NCBI GenBank assembly: GCA_045047305.1
Contig: JASFYO010000014.1
Coordinates: forward strand, 1-27,435
Length of the DNA stretch: 27,435 nucleotides
Source: Planctomycetota bacterium
Lineage (GTDB): Bacteria; Planctomycetota; UBA1135
Direction of reading: 5' to 3'
A model generated the notes under the pieces. It worked only from the letters and a program-made list of their open reading frames with translations. It ran no database searches and was not told where the DNA came from. Positions 18,653-27,068 of this stretch are shown piece by piece. Within the stretch, counting starts at the first letter, position 1, and each line of letters starts with the position of its first letter. The translations under genes and the position numbers were made by a program.

Positions 18653-18718
18653 CCGTCTTTCGTCAATCCATGTTGAAAGCTGGAAAAGCAGCGTTGTTGC
18701 TGGCAGAATCCACCCCCA

Positions 18719-20002
18719 ATGGATTGTTTCGAAGTGCGCGGCGGACGACGCCTAGAAGGGAGCGTAAATGCTTCTGGATCTAAGAATGCAAGCTTGCCAC
18801 TGATGGCGGCAAGCTTGCTGATGGAGGGGCCGGCTACCTTCTCACCAGTCCCGGATTTACGTGACATCGATACCATGGTCCTGTTGCTGGCGGAACTCGG
18901 GATGGACATCCAGCGAGAGGGAGATCAGCTCCAAATTTATGCGGCCGACGCCACCAAAACCGAGGCGTCCTATGACATTGTGCGGCGCATGCGGGCGTCT
19001 ATTTGTGTCTTGGGCCCTTTGCTGGCCCGGCGCGGGCAAGCCCGAGTGCCTTTGCCAGGCGGTTGTGTATTTGGATTACGACCGGTGGATTTGCATGTGC
19101 GCGGCATGCGCGCCTTAGGCGCTACGGTGAAGCAAGAAAATGGGTGTTTGGTGGCAACAGCCCCGTCTTCAGGCTTGCAGGGTGCATCGATTGACCTGCG
19201 TTCGGCCTTTGGCTCCACCGTTCTAGGCACCATCAACGTGATGTCCGCCGCAGTTCTGGCAAGAGGCGAGAGCGTGATTCATAGCGCTGCCATGGAGCCA
19301 GAGGTGGTTGAGGTGGCGCGTTATCTGCGCGCCTGTGGTGCGCGCATTGAAGGAGAAGGCACTGAGAGTCTGCGTATTCAAGGTGTTCCATCTCTCAATG
19401 CCGTGCCGTGGCAATTACCCGCCGACCGCATCGAAGCAGGGACACTCTTGATTGCCGGCGCGATTACCGCCGGAGTGGTGCGGGTGAATCGATGTCGGCC
19501 ACAGGAACTCCGCAGCCTAACGATTGCACTGGAGCGAACTGGCCTGACACCTACCCAAGGTGAAGACTGGATCCAGGTCGACGCCCGCGGCATCCGCTTG
19601 CGTAATATTCAGCTTGAGACCGGAACATTTCCTGGATTCCCCACTGACCTACAAGCGCAATGGTTAGCCTTGGCCACACAGATGTCTGGTGTTGGAAGTA
19701 TGCGTGAGCGTATTTACCCGGAACGTTTTATGCATGTTCCAGAGTTGCAACGCTTGGGGGCTCAAATGCAGCGATTGGGTGATACGGTCCAGGTGGAGGG
19801 GGGCATTGCTCTCATGGCCGCTCCAGTATTAGCATCGGATTTGCGTGCAAGCGCTTGTTTAGTCCTTGCCGGTTTGGTTGCGGAAGGCACCACTACGGTG
19901 CGTCGGGTGTACCACTTGGATCGCGGTTATGTAGCACTTGAGAAGAAGTTGCAGCAGCTTGGCGGAGAGGTCGTGCGGCGGCCCGATGACGAAAAGGCAT
20001 AG
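18719..20002 (+). CDS. murA: UDP-N-acetylglucosamine 1-carboxyvinyltransferase
   Basis: GSKNASLP, MRASICVLGPL, LPGGCVFGLRPVDLH (active-site Cys), DRIEAGT, PGFPTDLQ, DLRASA and HLDRGY. Confidence 0.97.
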   Translation: MDCFEVRGGRRLEGSVNASGSKNASLPLMAASLLMEGPATFSPVPDLRDIDTMVLLLAELGMDIQREGDQLQIYAADATKTEASYDIVRRMRASICVLGPLLARRGQARVPLPGGCVFGLRPVDLHVRGMRALGATVKQENGCLVATAPSSGLQGASIDLRSAFGSTVLGTINVMSAAVLARGESVIHSAAMEPEVVEVARYLRACGARIEGEGTESLRIQGVPSLNAVPWQLPADRIEAGTLLIAGAITAGVVRVNRCRPQELRSLTIALERTGLTPTQGEDWIQVDARGIRLRNIQLETGTFPGFPTDLQAQWLALATQMSGVGSMRERIYPERFMHVPELQRLGAQMQRLGDTVQVEGGIALMAAPVLASDLRASACLVLAGLVAEGTTTVRRVYHLDRGYVALEKKLQQLGGEVVRRPDDEKA

Positions 20003-20051
20003 GCCCTTAGAGCAACCATAAATCTGGCTTCCTTCAGCCGTGCGTTCGCGC

Positions 20052-20057
20052 TAGAAT
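20052..20057 (+). promoter_or_regulatory. Putative -10 element for ffh
   Basis: TAGAAT 20 nt upstream of the ffh ATG. Confidence 0.5.
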
Positions 20058-20077
20058 GTTCGGTTCCCCGACGCGTC

Positions 20078-21469
20078 ATGCTCGAGAATCTCACACAAGC
20101 ATTTAACAAGGTTGCTGACCGCCTGCGCGGTTCCAGCAAGCTCACTGCAGCCGACATTGAAGACGGTTTACGTGAGGTGCGTCGTGCCCTGCTTGAGGCC
20201 GACGTGCACTTCAAGGTTGCCAAGGACTTCACTAAGAAGGTTGGCGATACCTTGCTCGAAGAAGGCAAGTTAAAGGGGATTACCGGCTCGCAGCAGGTGA
20301 TTGGTGCGTTCCATAAGGAACTGGTCAATCTCATGGCGTCGGACGAATCGGCGCTGCCGAAGAATCCTGGACACCCTATGGTTCTGCTACTCGCAGGCCT
20401 GCAGGGTGCTGGTAAGACCACCACCGCCTCCAAATTGGGCCTATGGATGGGCAAGCGCCAGAACCGCAAAGTTCTGCTCGCAGCTTGTGACCTGCAACGT
20501 CCAGGTGCGGTGGACCAGTTGGTCACTCTGGGGAAGCAGCTCGATATCGACGTTTACTCGGAGAATCCTAGTGATAAGGGAGTCAGTCCGGTCAGCGTGG
20601 CAAAGAACGCGCTAAAAGCGGCCAAGAAAGGCGGCTACGATGCCCTCATTGTCGACTCCGCAGGTCGTCTTCACATCGATGAAGACCTCATGGGAGAAAT
20701 CCAGGCAGTCAGCAACGCGGTTAAGCCCGATGCGACTTATCTAGTTCTAGACTCCATGACCGGCCAAGATGCCGTGGAGTCGGCGCAAAGCTTCTCGAAT
20801 TCCCTTGAGGTGCATGGCGTCATCCTGACCAAAATCGATGGTGACACCCGTGGTGGTGCTGCCCTTTCGGTGCGTCAGGTCACCGGAAAACCTATTTCTT
20901 TCCTCGGCGTCGGTGAAAAACCTGGCGATTTAGAGGAATTCGACGCAGAACGCCTTGCAGGCCGCATTCTCGACATGGGCGATGTGGTTGGACTCGTGGA
21001 GAAGGCCCAGGAGGCCTTCGACGAGGAGCAGGGAGCCATCGATTACCAGCGGATGATGGAGGGCAAGCTAACCATGCAAGACCTCCTAGATCAGTTCCGA
21101 ATGGTGAAAAAAATGGGTTCTATGAAGAAGTTGATGGGCATGATGCCCGGAATGGGTAAAATGTCCGGCCTTTTGGAGTCGGTGGACGACAAACAGTTTA
21201 ATCGCATGGAAGCGATTATCTTGTCCATGACTCCAGCAGAGCGTCTCCATCCGGAGATTCTCGATGGCAAGAGACGCCGGCGCATCGCCCGAGGTTCGGG
21301 AGTTGAAGTGTCGGATGTCAATCGCCTGTACAAATCGTTCCAGCAGATGCAGAAGCAGATGAAGGCCATGAAGAAGATGATGTCCGGTGGGCGCTCTAAA
21401 AAGCGCATGCTGAAACAGCTCGGATCTTCTGGCAAGCTGCCAAACATGCCTGGATACAACCAGTCTTAA
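20078..21469 (+). CDS. ffh: Signal recognition particle protein Ffh
   Basis: ALLEADV, GLQGAGKTTT, DSAGR, TKIDGDTRGGAALS and Met-rich M domain with SMT..ER..RRRRIARGSG. Confidence 0.98.
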   Translation: MLENLTQAFNKVADRLRGSSKLTAADIEDGLREVRRALLEADVHFKVAKDFTKKVGDTLLEEGKLKGITGSQQVIGAFHKELVNLMASDESALPKNPGHPMVLLLAGLQGAGKTTTASKLGLWMGKRQNRKVLLAACDLQRPGAVDQLVTLGKQLDIDVYSENPSDKGVSPVSVAKNALKAAKKGGYDALIVDSAGRLHIDEDLMGEIQAVSNAVKPDATYLVLDSMTGQDAVESAQSFSNSLEVHGVILTKIDGDTRGGAALSVRQVTGKPISFLGVGEKPGDLEEFDAERLAGRILDMGDVVGLVEKAQEAFDEEQGAIDYQRMMEGKLTMQDLLDQFRMVKKMGSMKKLMGMMPGMGKMSGLLESVDDKQFNRMEAIILSMTPAERLHPEILDGKRRRRIARGSGVEVSDVNRLYKSFQQMQKQMKAMKKMMSGGRSKKRMLKQLGSSGKLPNMPGYNQS

Positions 21470-21493
21470 GAAATCGAATCCCAAGTAGCTTAG

Positions 21494-21826
21494 ATGGCAG
21501 TCGTCTTGCGTTTGAAGAGAATAGGTCGCCGTAACCGGCCCTTTTACCGCATTTGTGTGATGGATCGGCAGACTCGCCGTGATGGTCGTGCAATTGAGGA
21601 ACTTGGTCATTACGACCCGGTAAACCCTGAGAAAGGCAAGCATTTCGTGCTCAATGTTGAGCGCGCGAAGCACTGGCTTTCCGTTGGTGCTGAGCCTTCC
21701 GATACCGTGCTTACTTTTATCAAAGAAAGTGGCATCGATATCGCAGCTGTGCGCCGCGGTGAGATGGGCGAAACAGCTGAGCCTGTTGCGGCCGACTCCG
21801 GTGCAGAAGCGCCAGCCGAAGCCTAA
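21494..21826 (+). CDS. rpsP: 30S ribosomal protein S16
   Basis: MAVVLRLKRIGRRNRPFYRI..RRDGRAIEELGHYDP...WLSVGAEPSDTV, directly after ffh. Confidence 0.97.
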   Translation: MAVVLRLKRIGRRNRPFYRICVMDRQTRRDGRAIEELGHYDPVNPEKGKHFVLNVERAKHWLSVGAEPSDTVLTFIKESGIDIAAVRRGEMGETAEPVAADSGAEAPAEA

Positions 21827-21840
21827 CGGGGTGCCTGAAT

Positions 21841-22698
21841 ATGGCGGCTAGCCCCAAGCCCGCCGATCTGGCTGAGTTCATGCTTCGTTTGGATTCGCGG
21901 GTATTTCATATACCTGCACGTCCAGAAGGCATGTCTGCTCTAGAGCGTCTGCTTGCCTTAGTGCTGCAGGGTTCTGGTTCGTACACGGTCGCGGCAAAAT
22001 GCATTCGTGCTTTTCAAGAGCACTTCGTGAATTGGAACGAAGCGCGCGTTGCACGCTTGTTCGAAGTCCAAGATGCGCTTTTAGCACATGGCGTTGGCGA
22101 TGCACAGAACCGTGCAGACCTAACACAGCAGTATTTGCGCCGAGTCTTTGGATTGCAGAACCATCTGGATTTGGATTGGCTTTACGATGCTTCTAGTGAG
22201 CGTCGCGAAACTTTGCTGGAATCCCTGGAAGTGACTCCAGAGCATGCTCGATTCGTACTCGACCTTGATTCTCTCGATGAAGAGGATGAAGATTATGAAG
22301 GCCTTCCAGTGAGCCCTGCGATGAAGCGCATGTTCGGCCGCTTAGGCTGGGCCCCTGCGAATCCCAAAGAGTCCTTGATTCGAGAAATCATGGCGCCGCA
22401 TACCGCTGGCGCATTGATGTATCCAGGTTTCCTTTCGTTGTCTTTGCTGGCTTATCAATTGCCCGTAAATAAGCCCAAGAATTGCTTAAAAGCAGCGGCG
22501 ATTGAAGAGCTGTTCAAAAAGCGCAAGTCCATGTCAGATGAAGACGCAAGTCAACTACTGAAGGGGATTGGCGTAGATTTCCCCTTGCTAAATACTGGGT
22601 TTGGCGCAAAGAAGAAGGTCGCAGCAAAAAAGAAAGTGACTAAAAAGAAGGTCGCGAAAAAGAAAGTCGCGAAGAAAACAACTTCTAAAAAGAAGTAG
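21841..22698 (+). CDS. HhH-GPD/endonuclease III-like hypothetical protein with Lys-rich tail
   Basis: F..HFVNWNEARVA..EVQ.AL...RA.....L..VF.....DL resembles the N-terminal part of EndoIII-related proteins. LPVSPAMKRMFGRLGW aligns with the PVD...R..RLG segment. C-terminal KKKVA repeats. Confidence 0.65.
   Translation: MAASPKPADLAEFMLRLDSRVFHIPARPEGMSALERLLALVLQGSGSYTVAAKCIRAFQEHFVNWNEARVARLFEVQDALLAHGVGDAQNRADLTQQYLRRVFGLQNHLDLDWLYDASSERRETLLESLEVTPEHARFVLDLDSLDEEDEDYEGLPVSPAMKRMFGRLGWAPANPKESLIREIMAPHTAGALMYPGFLSLSLLAYQLPVNKPKNCLKAAAIEELFKKRKSMSDEDASQLLKGIGVDFPLLNTGFGAKKKVAAKKKVTKKKVAKKKVAKKTTSKKK
22606..22695 (+). repeat. Degenerate coding repeat encoding (A/T)KKKV units
   Basis: AKKKVA AKKKV TKKKV AKKKV AKKTTSKKK, from degenerate 15-18 nt units. 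Confidence 0.8.
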
Positions 22699-22709
22699 AA
22701 ATACCAAGC

Positions 22710-23306
22710 ATGCAGGTCCCCGAGGAAACTTTAGTTCTGGGGAGCGGCTCGCCACGCCGCGGGGACCTGCTTCTTCGCCTCGGAATCAATTTCGAGATTC
22801 AGACGGCAGGCGGAGATGGTCCCATCGTGTCGGATCTTCCTGCTGCACGGGTGCGTGGCCATGCCGTTTTTAAAGCGAAGCAAGTGGCTAAAATCAAACC
22901 CCACCGTTGGGTTTTAGCAGCAGACACCTTGGTTTATGCACAGGGGCGTTTTTTATCCAAGCCCAAAGGTAAGGAAGATGCACGGAATATGCTCCACTTA
23001 CTGCAAAGCATTGGGGACCATGAAGTATGGACAGGAGGGTGTTTAATCTCTCCCTCAGGGGAATCCTGGGTTCGTGCTGAGCGGGCGCTGGTCGGTTTCT
23101 ATCCCATTCCGGACTTAGAGTTAGAGAGTTATCTAGAAGGTGTTGAATGGGTGGACAAAGCGGGGGCCTATGCCATTCAGGGTTGGGCCAGCTCCTATGC
23201 ATGTTTAAGGGAGGGAGAGTTGGATTCCGTGGTCGGTTTGGCGGAAATCACAGTTTTGGGCCTGTTTCGTGCGGCAGGGCTTCCTAAGCAAGCCTTCCGA
23301 CGTTAG
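22710..23306 (+). CDS. maf: Maf-family nucleoside triphosphate pyrophosphatase
   Basis: [19 protein letters not shown]....[14 protein letters not shown] and VVGL. Confidence 0.92.
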   Translation: MQVPEETLVLGSGSPRRGDLLLRLGINFEIQTAGGDGPIVSDLPAARVRGHAVFKAKQVAKIKPHRWVLAADTLVYAQGRFLSKPKGKEDARNMLHLLQSIGDHEVWTGGCLISPSGESWVRAERALVGFYPIPDLELESYLEGVEWVDKAGAYAIQGWASSYACLREGELDSVVGLAEITVLGLFRAAGLPKQAFRR

Positions 23307-23346
23307 AATATGCGGCCCTTTTCCTGGAGGAGTCTCCAGAAAAAGG
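23304..23346 (+). promoter_or_regulatory. rpmE promoter -10 element and 5' leader hairpin
   Basis: TAGAAT at 23304-23309, then hairpin CCTTTTCCTGGAG-GAGT-CTCCAGAAAAAGG (23317-23346, 12 of 13 pairs). Confidence 0.55.
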
Positions 23347-23355
23347 CGGTTAAAG

Positions 23356-23559
23356 ATGAAGGAAGGCATTCACCCTGATTACGTCGCCTGTCACGTGAAG
23401 TGCGGTTGCGGCAACGAGTTCGAGACACGTAGCACCAGTAAGGAAGTGCACGTGGAAATTTGCTCGGCGTGTCACCCGTTTTACACGGGTAAGCAGAAGT
23501 TTGTTGACACCGCTGGTCGCGTGGATCGCTTCCAGAAGCGTTACGGCAACAAGAGCTGA
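23356..23559 (+). CDS. rpmE: 50S ribosomal protein L31 (zinc-binding type)
   Basis: [19 protein letters not shown]...[29 protein letters not shown] at 23356. Confidence 0.97.
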   Translation: MKEGIHPDYVACHVKCGCGNEFETRSTSKEVHVEICSACHPFYTGKQKFVDTAGRVDRFQKRYGNKS

Positions 23560-23594
23560 GCCCTGTCTGATTCCCATCAAGCGGAATTGCAGAT

Positions 23595-24668
23595 ATGAGT
23601 TTGGTCGATGTCCTTCGCGGGCGAGTCGACCAACTCGAATCCCGGCATAAAGAACTTGAAACCGCTGTCTCCGATCCGGAGAGAGTCGGCAAGCCAGACT
23701 ATCCAGGGCTCTTGCGTGAACTTGGTTCCTTGCAAAAGACCTTGGGGCCATGGCGTGAATATACCGCTCTTGCCGACGAGATCGAAGAGATGCGGGAATT
23801 CACCAACGGCAAAGATGCCGAGATGAAAGAGCTCGCGGAAGAAGAGCTTCCGGAGATGGAAGCACGCTTCGAAGTCGTGGAACAACAAATTCTCGACTTA
23901 GTTCTGGAAGATGATCCCGATGCCGATAAGCCTGCACTGATTGAGATTCGTGCTGGAGCTGGCGGTGATGAAGCGGCTTTGTTCGCTCGTGATATTGCCA
24001 ATATCTATCAAAAATTTGCTGCCATGAAAGGCTGGCAAGTGGAACTGATGGACGTCTCAGAATCTGAAATGGGTGGCTTTAAAGAGATTGTTTTCAAGTT
24101 CACTGGAGATGGCGCATTCCGCCTCATGCGCTATGAGTCCGGCGGTCACAGAGTCCAACGTGTCCCAGCTACTGAGACTCAGGGGCGTATTCATACTTCT
24201 GCAGCGACCGTCGCAGTGATGCCGGAAGTGGAAGCAATCGATTTCCAGCTAGACGAAGAGGAGCTTGAAATCACGGCCATGCGATCTTCCGGTCCTGGTG
24301 GCCAGCACGTGAACAAAACCAGTTCGGCCATTCGCGTCATTCACTTGCCTACTGGGCTTCAGGTGAAGTGCCAGGAGGATAAGTCGCAGTTGCGCAACAA
24401 GGCCAAAGCGCTGGACCTACTTCGCGCCAAGCTTTACGAAATCGAACGCATCAAACGAGCGGAAGAACGTTCGGAAATGCGTCGGACACAAGTGGGAACC
24501 GGGGACCGCAGCATGCGCATCCGCACCTACAACTATCCGCAAAACCGTGTAACCGACCACCGTTTAGGTCAAAGCTTCTCTTTAGAGAAGATTTCGGAAG
24601 GATTACTCGACCCCATCTTCGAGAGCTTGCTTGCCGCCGACCGCGAAGAGAAGCTAGCGAATCTTTGA
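23595..24668 (+). CDS. prfA: Peptide chain release factor 1
   Basis: EIRAGAGGDEA, ESGGHRVQRVPATE (PAT motif), GPGGQHVNKT (GGQ) and RIRTYNYPQNRVTDHR. Confidence 0.98.
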   Translation: MSLVDVLRGRVDQLESRHKELETAVSDPERVGKPDYPGLLRELGSLQKTLGPWREYTALADEIEEMREFTNGKDAEMKELAEEELPEMEARFEVVEQQILDLVLEDDPDADKPALIEIRAGAGGDEAALFARDIANIYQKFAAMKGWQVELMDVSESEMGGFKEIVFKFTGDGAFRLMRYESGGHRVQRVPATETQGRIHTSAATVAVMPEVEAIDFQLDEEELEITAMRSSGPGGQHVNKTSSAIRVIHLPTGLQVKCQEDKSQLRNKAKALDLLRAKLYEIERIKRAEERSEMRRTQVGTGDRSMRIRTYNYPQNRVTDHRLGQSFSLEKISEGLLDPIFESLLAADREEKLANL

Positions 24669-24717
24669 ACTTGCCTTGCCAGGCGTCCGTTCTGCCCTTT
24701 CTGTCCCGTACTGTCCG

Positions 24718-25752
24718 ATGAAGAATAAGGAAAAGGAAATTAAGCCCCTGGGAACCAAGTTTGAGGTTCTAGAAGAAGGTCCCAAGCCCATAGCTGCCTC
24801 GCGGCAAGGTGGAGCGCGGCCCGGTGGTGCGCCCATGCCGCTACGTAAGAGCGTGTCGAGTGGGAGCGTTGGGCTTCTGGTCGCTCTAGCCGGCCTATTT
24901 ATGCACTATGGCGCTCCCGAATACGCCGCGATCCCAGCGTTGGCTGCAGCAGTAGTGATTTGGCAGCTACTGAGTTCTGGCATGGCGCGCACCCAACCAA
25001 CTAACACTCCGTTGAAGCCATTTGGAGCGGTGCTAGCGATTGCTGCTGGTGGAGTTAGTTTCGGCTTAGGCGACGGCTCCGGAATCATTGGTGGGATTTT
25101 GTGCATTGTCGGCGGCGTTCTCTCGCTTGCCGCCCCAAGCATGGCTAAGAAAACTGATGCCAAGTTGCCACCCGCCGGTCCTGATGTTCCAGTTGATGGT
25201 CAGTTCTCTAAGTCGCTTTTGGCTTATCTGCTCATTATTCTTAGTTTGCCATTGGCATGGGCCGATGGCGAAGGTGCTACCGGTATGAATACCATCCTTG
25301 GTGGCCTAACCTTCCTTTTCTGCCTGCTTGGCATGTGGTCATCTTGGGTTGGGATGTGGAAGTTATGGGCTATGCCTGCCATTACTGCTGGCATGCTCGG
25401 ATTGGTTCTATTCCTCGCTCCGTTGGAAGCAATTTTCCTCGGCCTGCTTGGAGTGGCACGAGTATTTCTTGGGGGCAATATGGAAGCCTTGGTCAACGCA
25501 TGGCCAGGCGAAGATACGCTCCCGATGCTTTTCTTGCTTGGACCAATCATGGCACTCGCAGGAGGTTCTTTGGCCACCTTCGAGCTCGTCCAAGGTGCTA
25601 AGAAAGGCCTGAAGGCTAATCAGGAAAAGAAGGAGGCCGAAATCGCTTCGCGGAAGGCGGCGCGTGCGGCAAAGCGTGGTGACGCGCCAGCAACACCTGA
25701 TACCAAGGACGATAAGGCTAAGGTTGAAGATAAGAAAAGCGCCAAAAAGTGA
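24718..25752 (+). CDS. Hypothetical multi-pass membrane protein
   Basis: About 8 Gly/Ala/Leu-rich hydrophobic segments with basic N- and C-terminal tails. ATG at 24718 (ORF open from 24676). The stop overlaps the prmC start (GTGA). Confidence 0.8.
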   Translation: MKNKEKEIKPLGTKFEVLEEGPKPIAASRQGGARPGGAPMPLRKSVSSGSVGLLVALAGLFMHYGAPEYAAIPALAAAVVIWQLLSSGMARTQPTNTPLKPFGAVLAIAAGGVSFGLGDGSGIIGGILCIVGGVLSLAAPSMAKKTDAKLPPAGPDVPVDGQFSKSLLAYLLIILSLPLAWADGEGATGMNTILGGLTFLFCLLGMWSSWVGMWKLWAMPAITAGMLGLVLFLAPLEAIFLGLLGVARVFLGGNMEALVNAWPGEDTLPMLFLLGPIMALAGGSLATFELVQGAKKGLKANQEKKEAEIASRKAARAAKRGDAPATPDTKDDKAKVEDKKSAKK

Positions 25753-26633
25753 GTGCGTTTTCTTTCGAAGGGCCGCGTCGGCAGGATCTGCTTGACGTCG
25801 CTCTTCGTCAATTAAAGGCCAAGGGCGCCGAAGATCCGGTTTGGGAAAGCCAAACTTTGCTAGCCAGATGTTTAGGCCTACAGCGCCTTGAACTTCTCTC
25901 TGCGAAAGATGTTTCGGTTGCGCCAGAAGATAGACTCAAATTCTCCGACTGGTTACAACGTTACGTCGCTGGAGAACCGCTGGCCTATTTGGAGAACAAG
26001 GCTGGGTTTTATGGACGTGAATTCCTGGTTGATTCCAGAGTTTTAGTGCCGCGCGCTGATAGTGAATGCGTCATAGAACTGGGCATGGAGTGGATGGCAT
26101 CTCGTGGCGCAGGAACCTTGGTGGATGTAGGCACTGGGTCGGGGTGCTTATTGCACACCATACTCCTCGATCACCCGTCTTGGAGTGGGGTCGGGGTTGA
26201 CTTTAGCCGTGATGCACTTCAAGTTGCGGAGGCAAATCGCAAAGGATTCGGTTTAGAGAAACGCTGTAGTTTGATTCAAGCGTCTTGGCTGGTGCCAATC
26301 CAAAAACAAAGCGTTGATTTGATTATCAGCAATCCACCCTACATCGTAGATGGTGAAGAACTGGGGGATGGTGTCAAGGAGTTCGAACCCCATCTCGCCC
26401 TTTTTGCGCCAGGCAATCGTGCTATGGAACCTTACGACATCCTGATCGAACAGGCTATGCACTGCCTTCTACCGGCAGGGGCGCTGCTATTTGAGGTGGG
26501 GGCTGGCCGCGAACCAGAAGTGCGCGCTTTGGCTGAGAAGGCCGGATTCCGGCATCTCGAAACGCGCAAAGATTTGGGGGGAGTGGAGCGGGGGATCCTG
26601 CTCGAGAAGACGTCGTTACGCGACGAGGTCTAG
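25749..26633 (+). CDS. prmC: Release factor glutamine methyltransferase
   Basis: GEPLAYL...FYG...VLVPR, DVGTGSG SAM motif, ISNPPY and FEPHLAL, downstream of prfA. Confidence 0.95.
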   Translation: MSAFSFEGPRRQDLLDVALRQLKAKGAEDPVWESQTLLARCLGLQRLELLSAKDVSVAPEDRLKFSDWLQRYVAGEPLAYLENKAGFYGREFLVDSRVLVPRADSECVIELGMEWMASRGAGTLVDVGTGSGCLLHTILLDHPSWSGVGVDFSRDALQVAEANRKGFGLEKRCSLIQASWLVPIQKQSVDLIISNPPYIVDGEELGDGVKEFEPHLALFAPGNRAMEPYDILIEQAMHCLLPAGALLFEVGAGREPEVRALAEKAGFRHLETRKDLGGVERGILLEKTSLRDEV

Positions 26634-26990
26634 GTAATCGCGAATCGCGCGATCCGACCCTGGATATAGGTCTTGGAAGAACAGCGCCACCTCGTAATGG
26701 CCTAATGCTGGCGAAATGCGTTCACAGCGCACTACCACGCCTTCTCCTTCGGCATGCGCCATGGTGCCGTTACGGAGTGGGAAATCGAAAGAAAAGCGGA
26801 CATGGGTCATCATCCGCAGAGGAGTTTCAGAGAAAAAGCAAGCTCCTGATTGGGACAAATCGCGCACGCGCAGGGCTGTATCACCGTCTAGAGTGATTGG
26901 GAGGTCCTGAATGCTTGTTCGGGGGTGGCGGCGTCGCTCTTGATTATGCGACATTTTCTCTTCATCCGTTTCAGGGTTGTTTCGAGGCAT
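26616..26990 (-). CDS. Single-domain PilZ protein (putative c-di-GMP receptor)
   Basis: ERRRHPR (RxxxR) and RDLSQSG (DxSxxG) motifs, plus GVVVR...VALFF. Alternative ATG at 26954. Confidence 0.88.
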   Translation of the reverse strand: MPRNNPETDEEKMSHNQERRRHPRTSIQDLPITLDGDTALRVRDLSQSGACFFSETPLRMMTHVRFSFDFPLRNGTMAHAEGEGVVVRCERISPALGHYEVALFFQDLYPGSDRAIRDYLDLVA

Positions 26991-26994
26991 GTCC

Positions 26995-27001
26995 TACAAT
27001 A
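26995..27001. promoter_or_regulatory. Symmetric TANNNTA putative bidirectional -10 element (PilZ gene/ssb)
   Basis: TACAAT on + overlaps TATTGT on -. Confidence 0.55.
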
Positions 27002-27068
27002 ACCTGTTCTTAGAGAAAGGGCCAATCCCCGGCCGAATCCCGCATAGAACCCGCGAAAGCGCAAAATC

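Noticed and set aside
22606..22695. Repeat as a CRISPR array or mobile-element end
   Set aside because: Degenerate in-frame coding repeat without spacers; no cas or transposase gene nearby
23269..23355. Longer rpmE start in the ORF track (similar extensions for cmk, lpxH and the 24676 ORF)
   Set aside because: For rpmE, cmk and lpxH the extensions overlap upstream genes or promoter elements and homology starts at the downstream ATG. For 24676 a TTG start is less likely than the ATG at 24718.
27003..27061. Possible LexA box or repeats upstream of ssb (TGTTC..., GAATCCCGC/GAACCCGC, CGC-GAAA-GCG)
   Set aside because: The spacing does not fit LexA motifs I know, and the stems and repeats are too short to distinguish from chance
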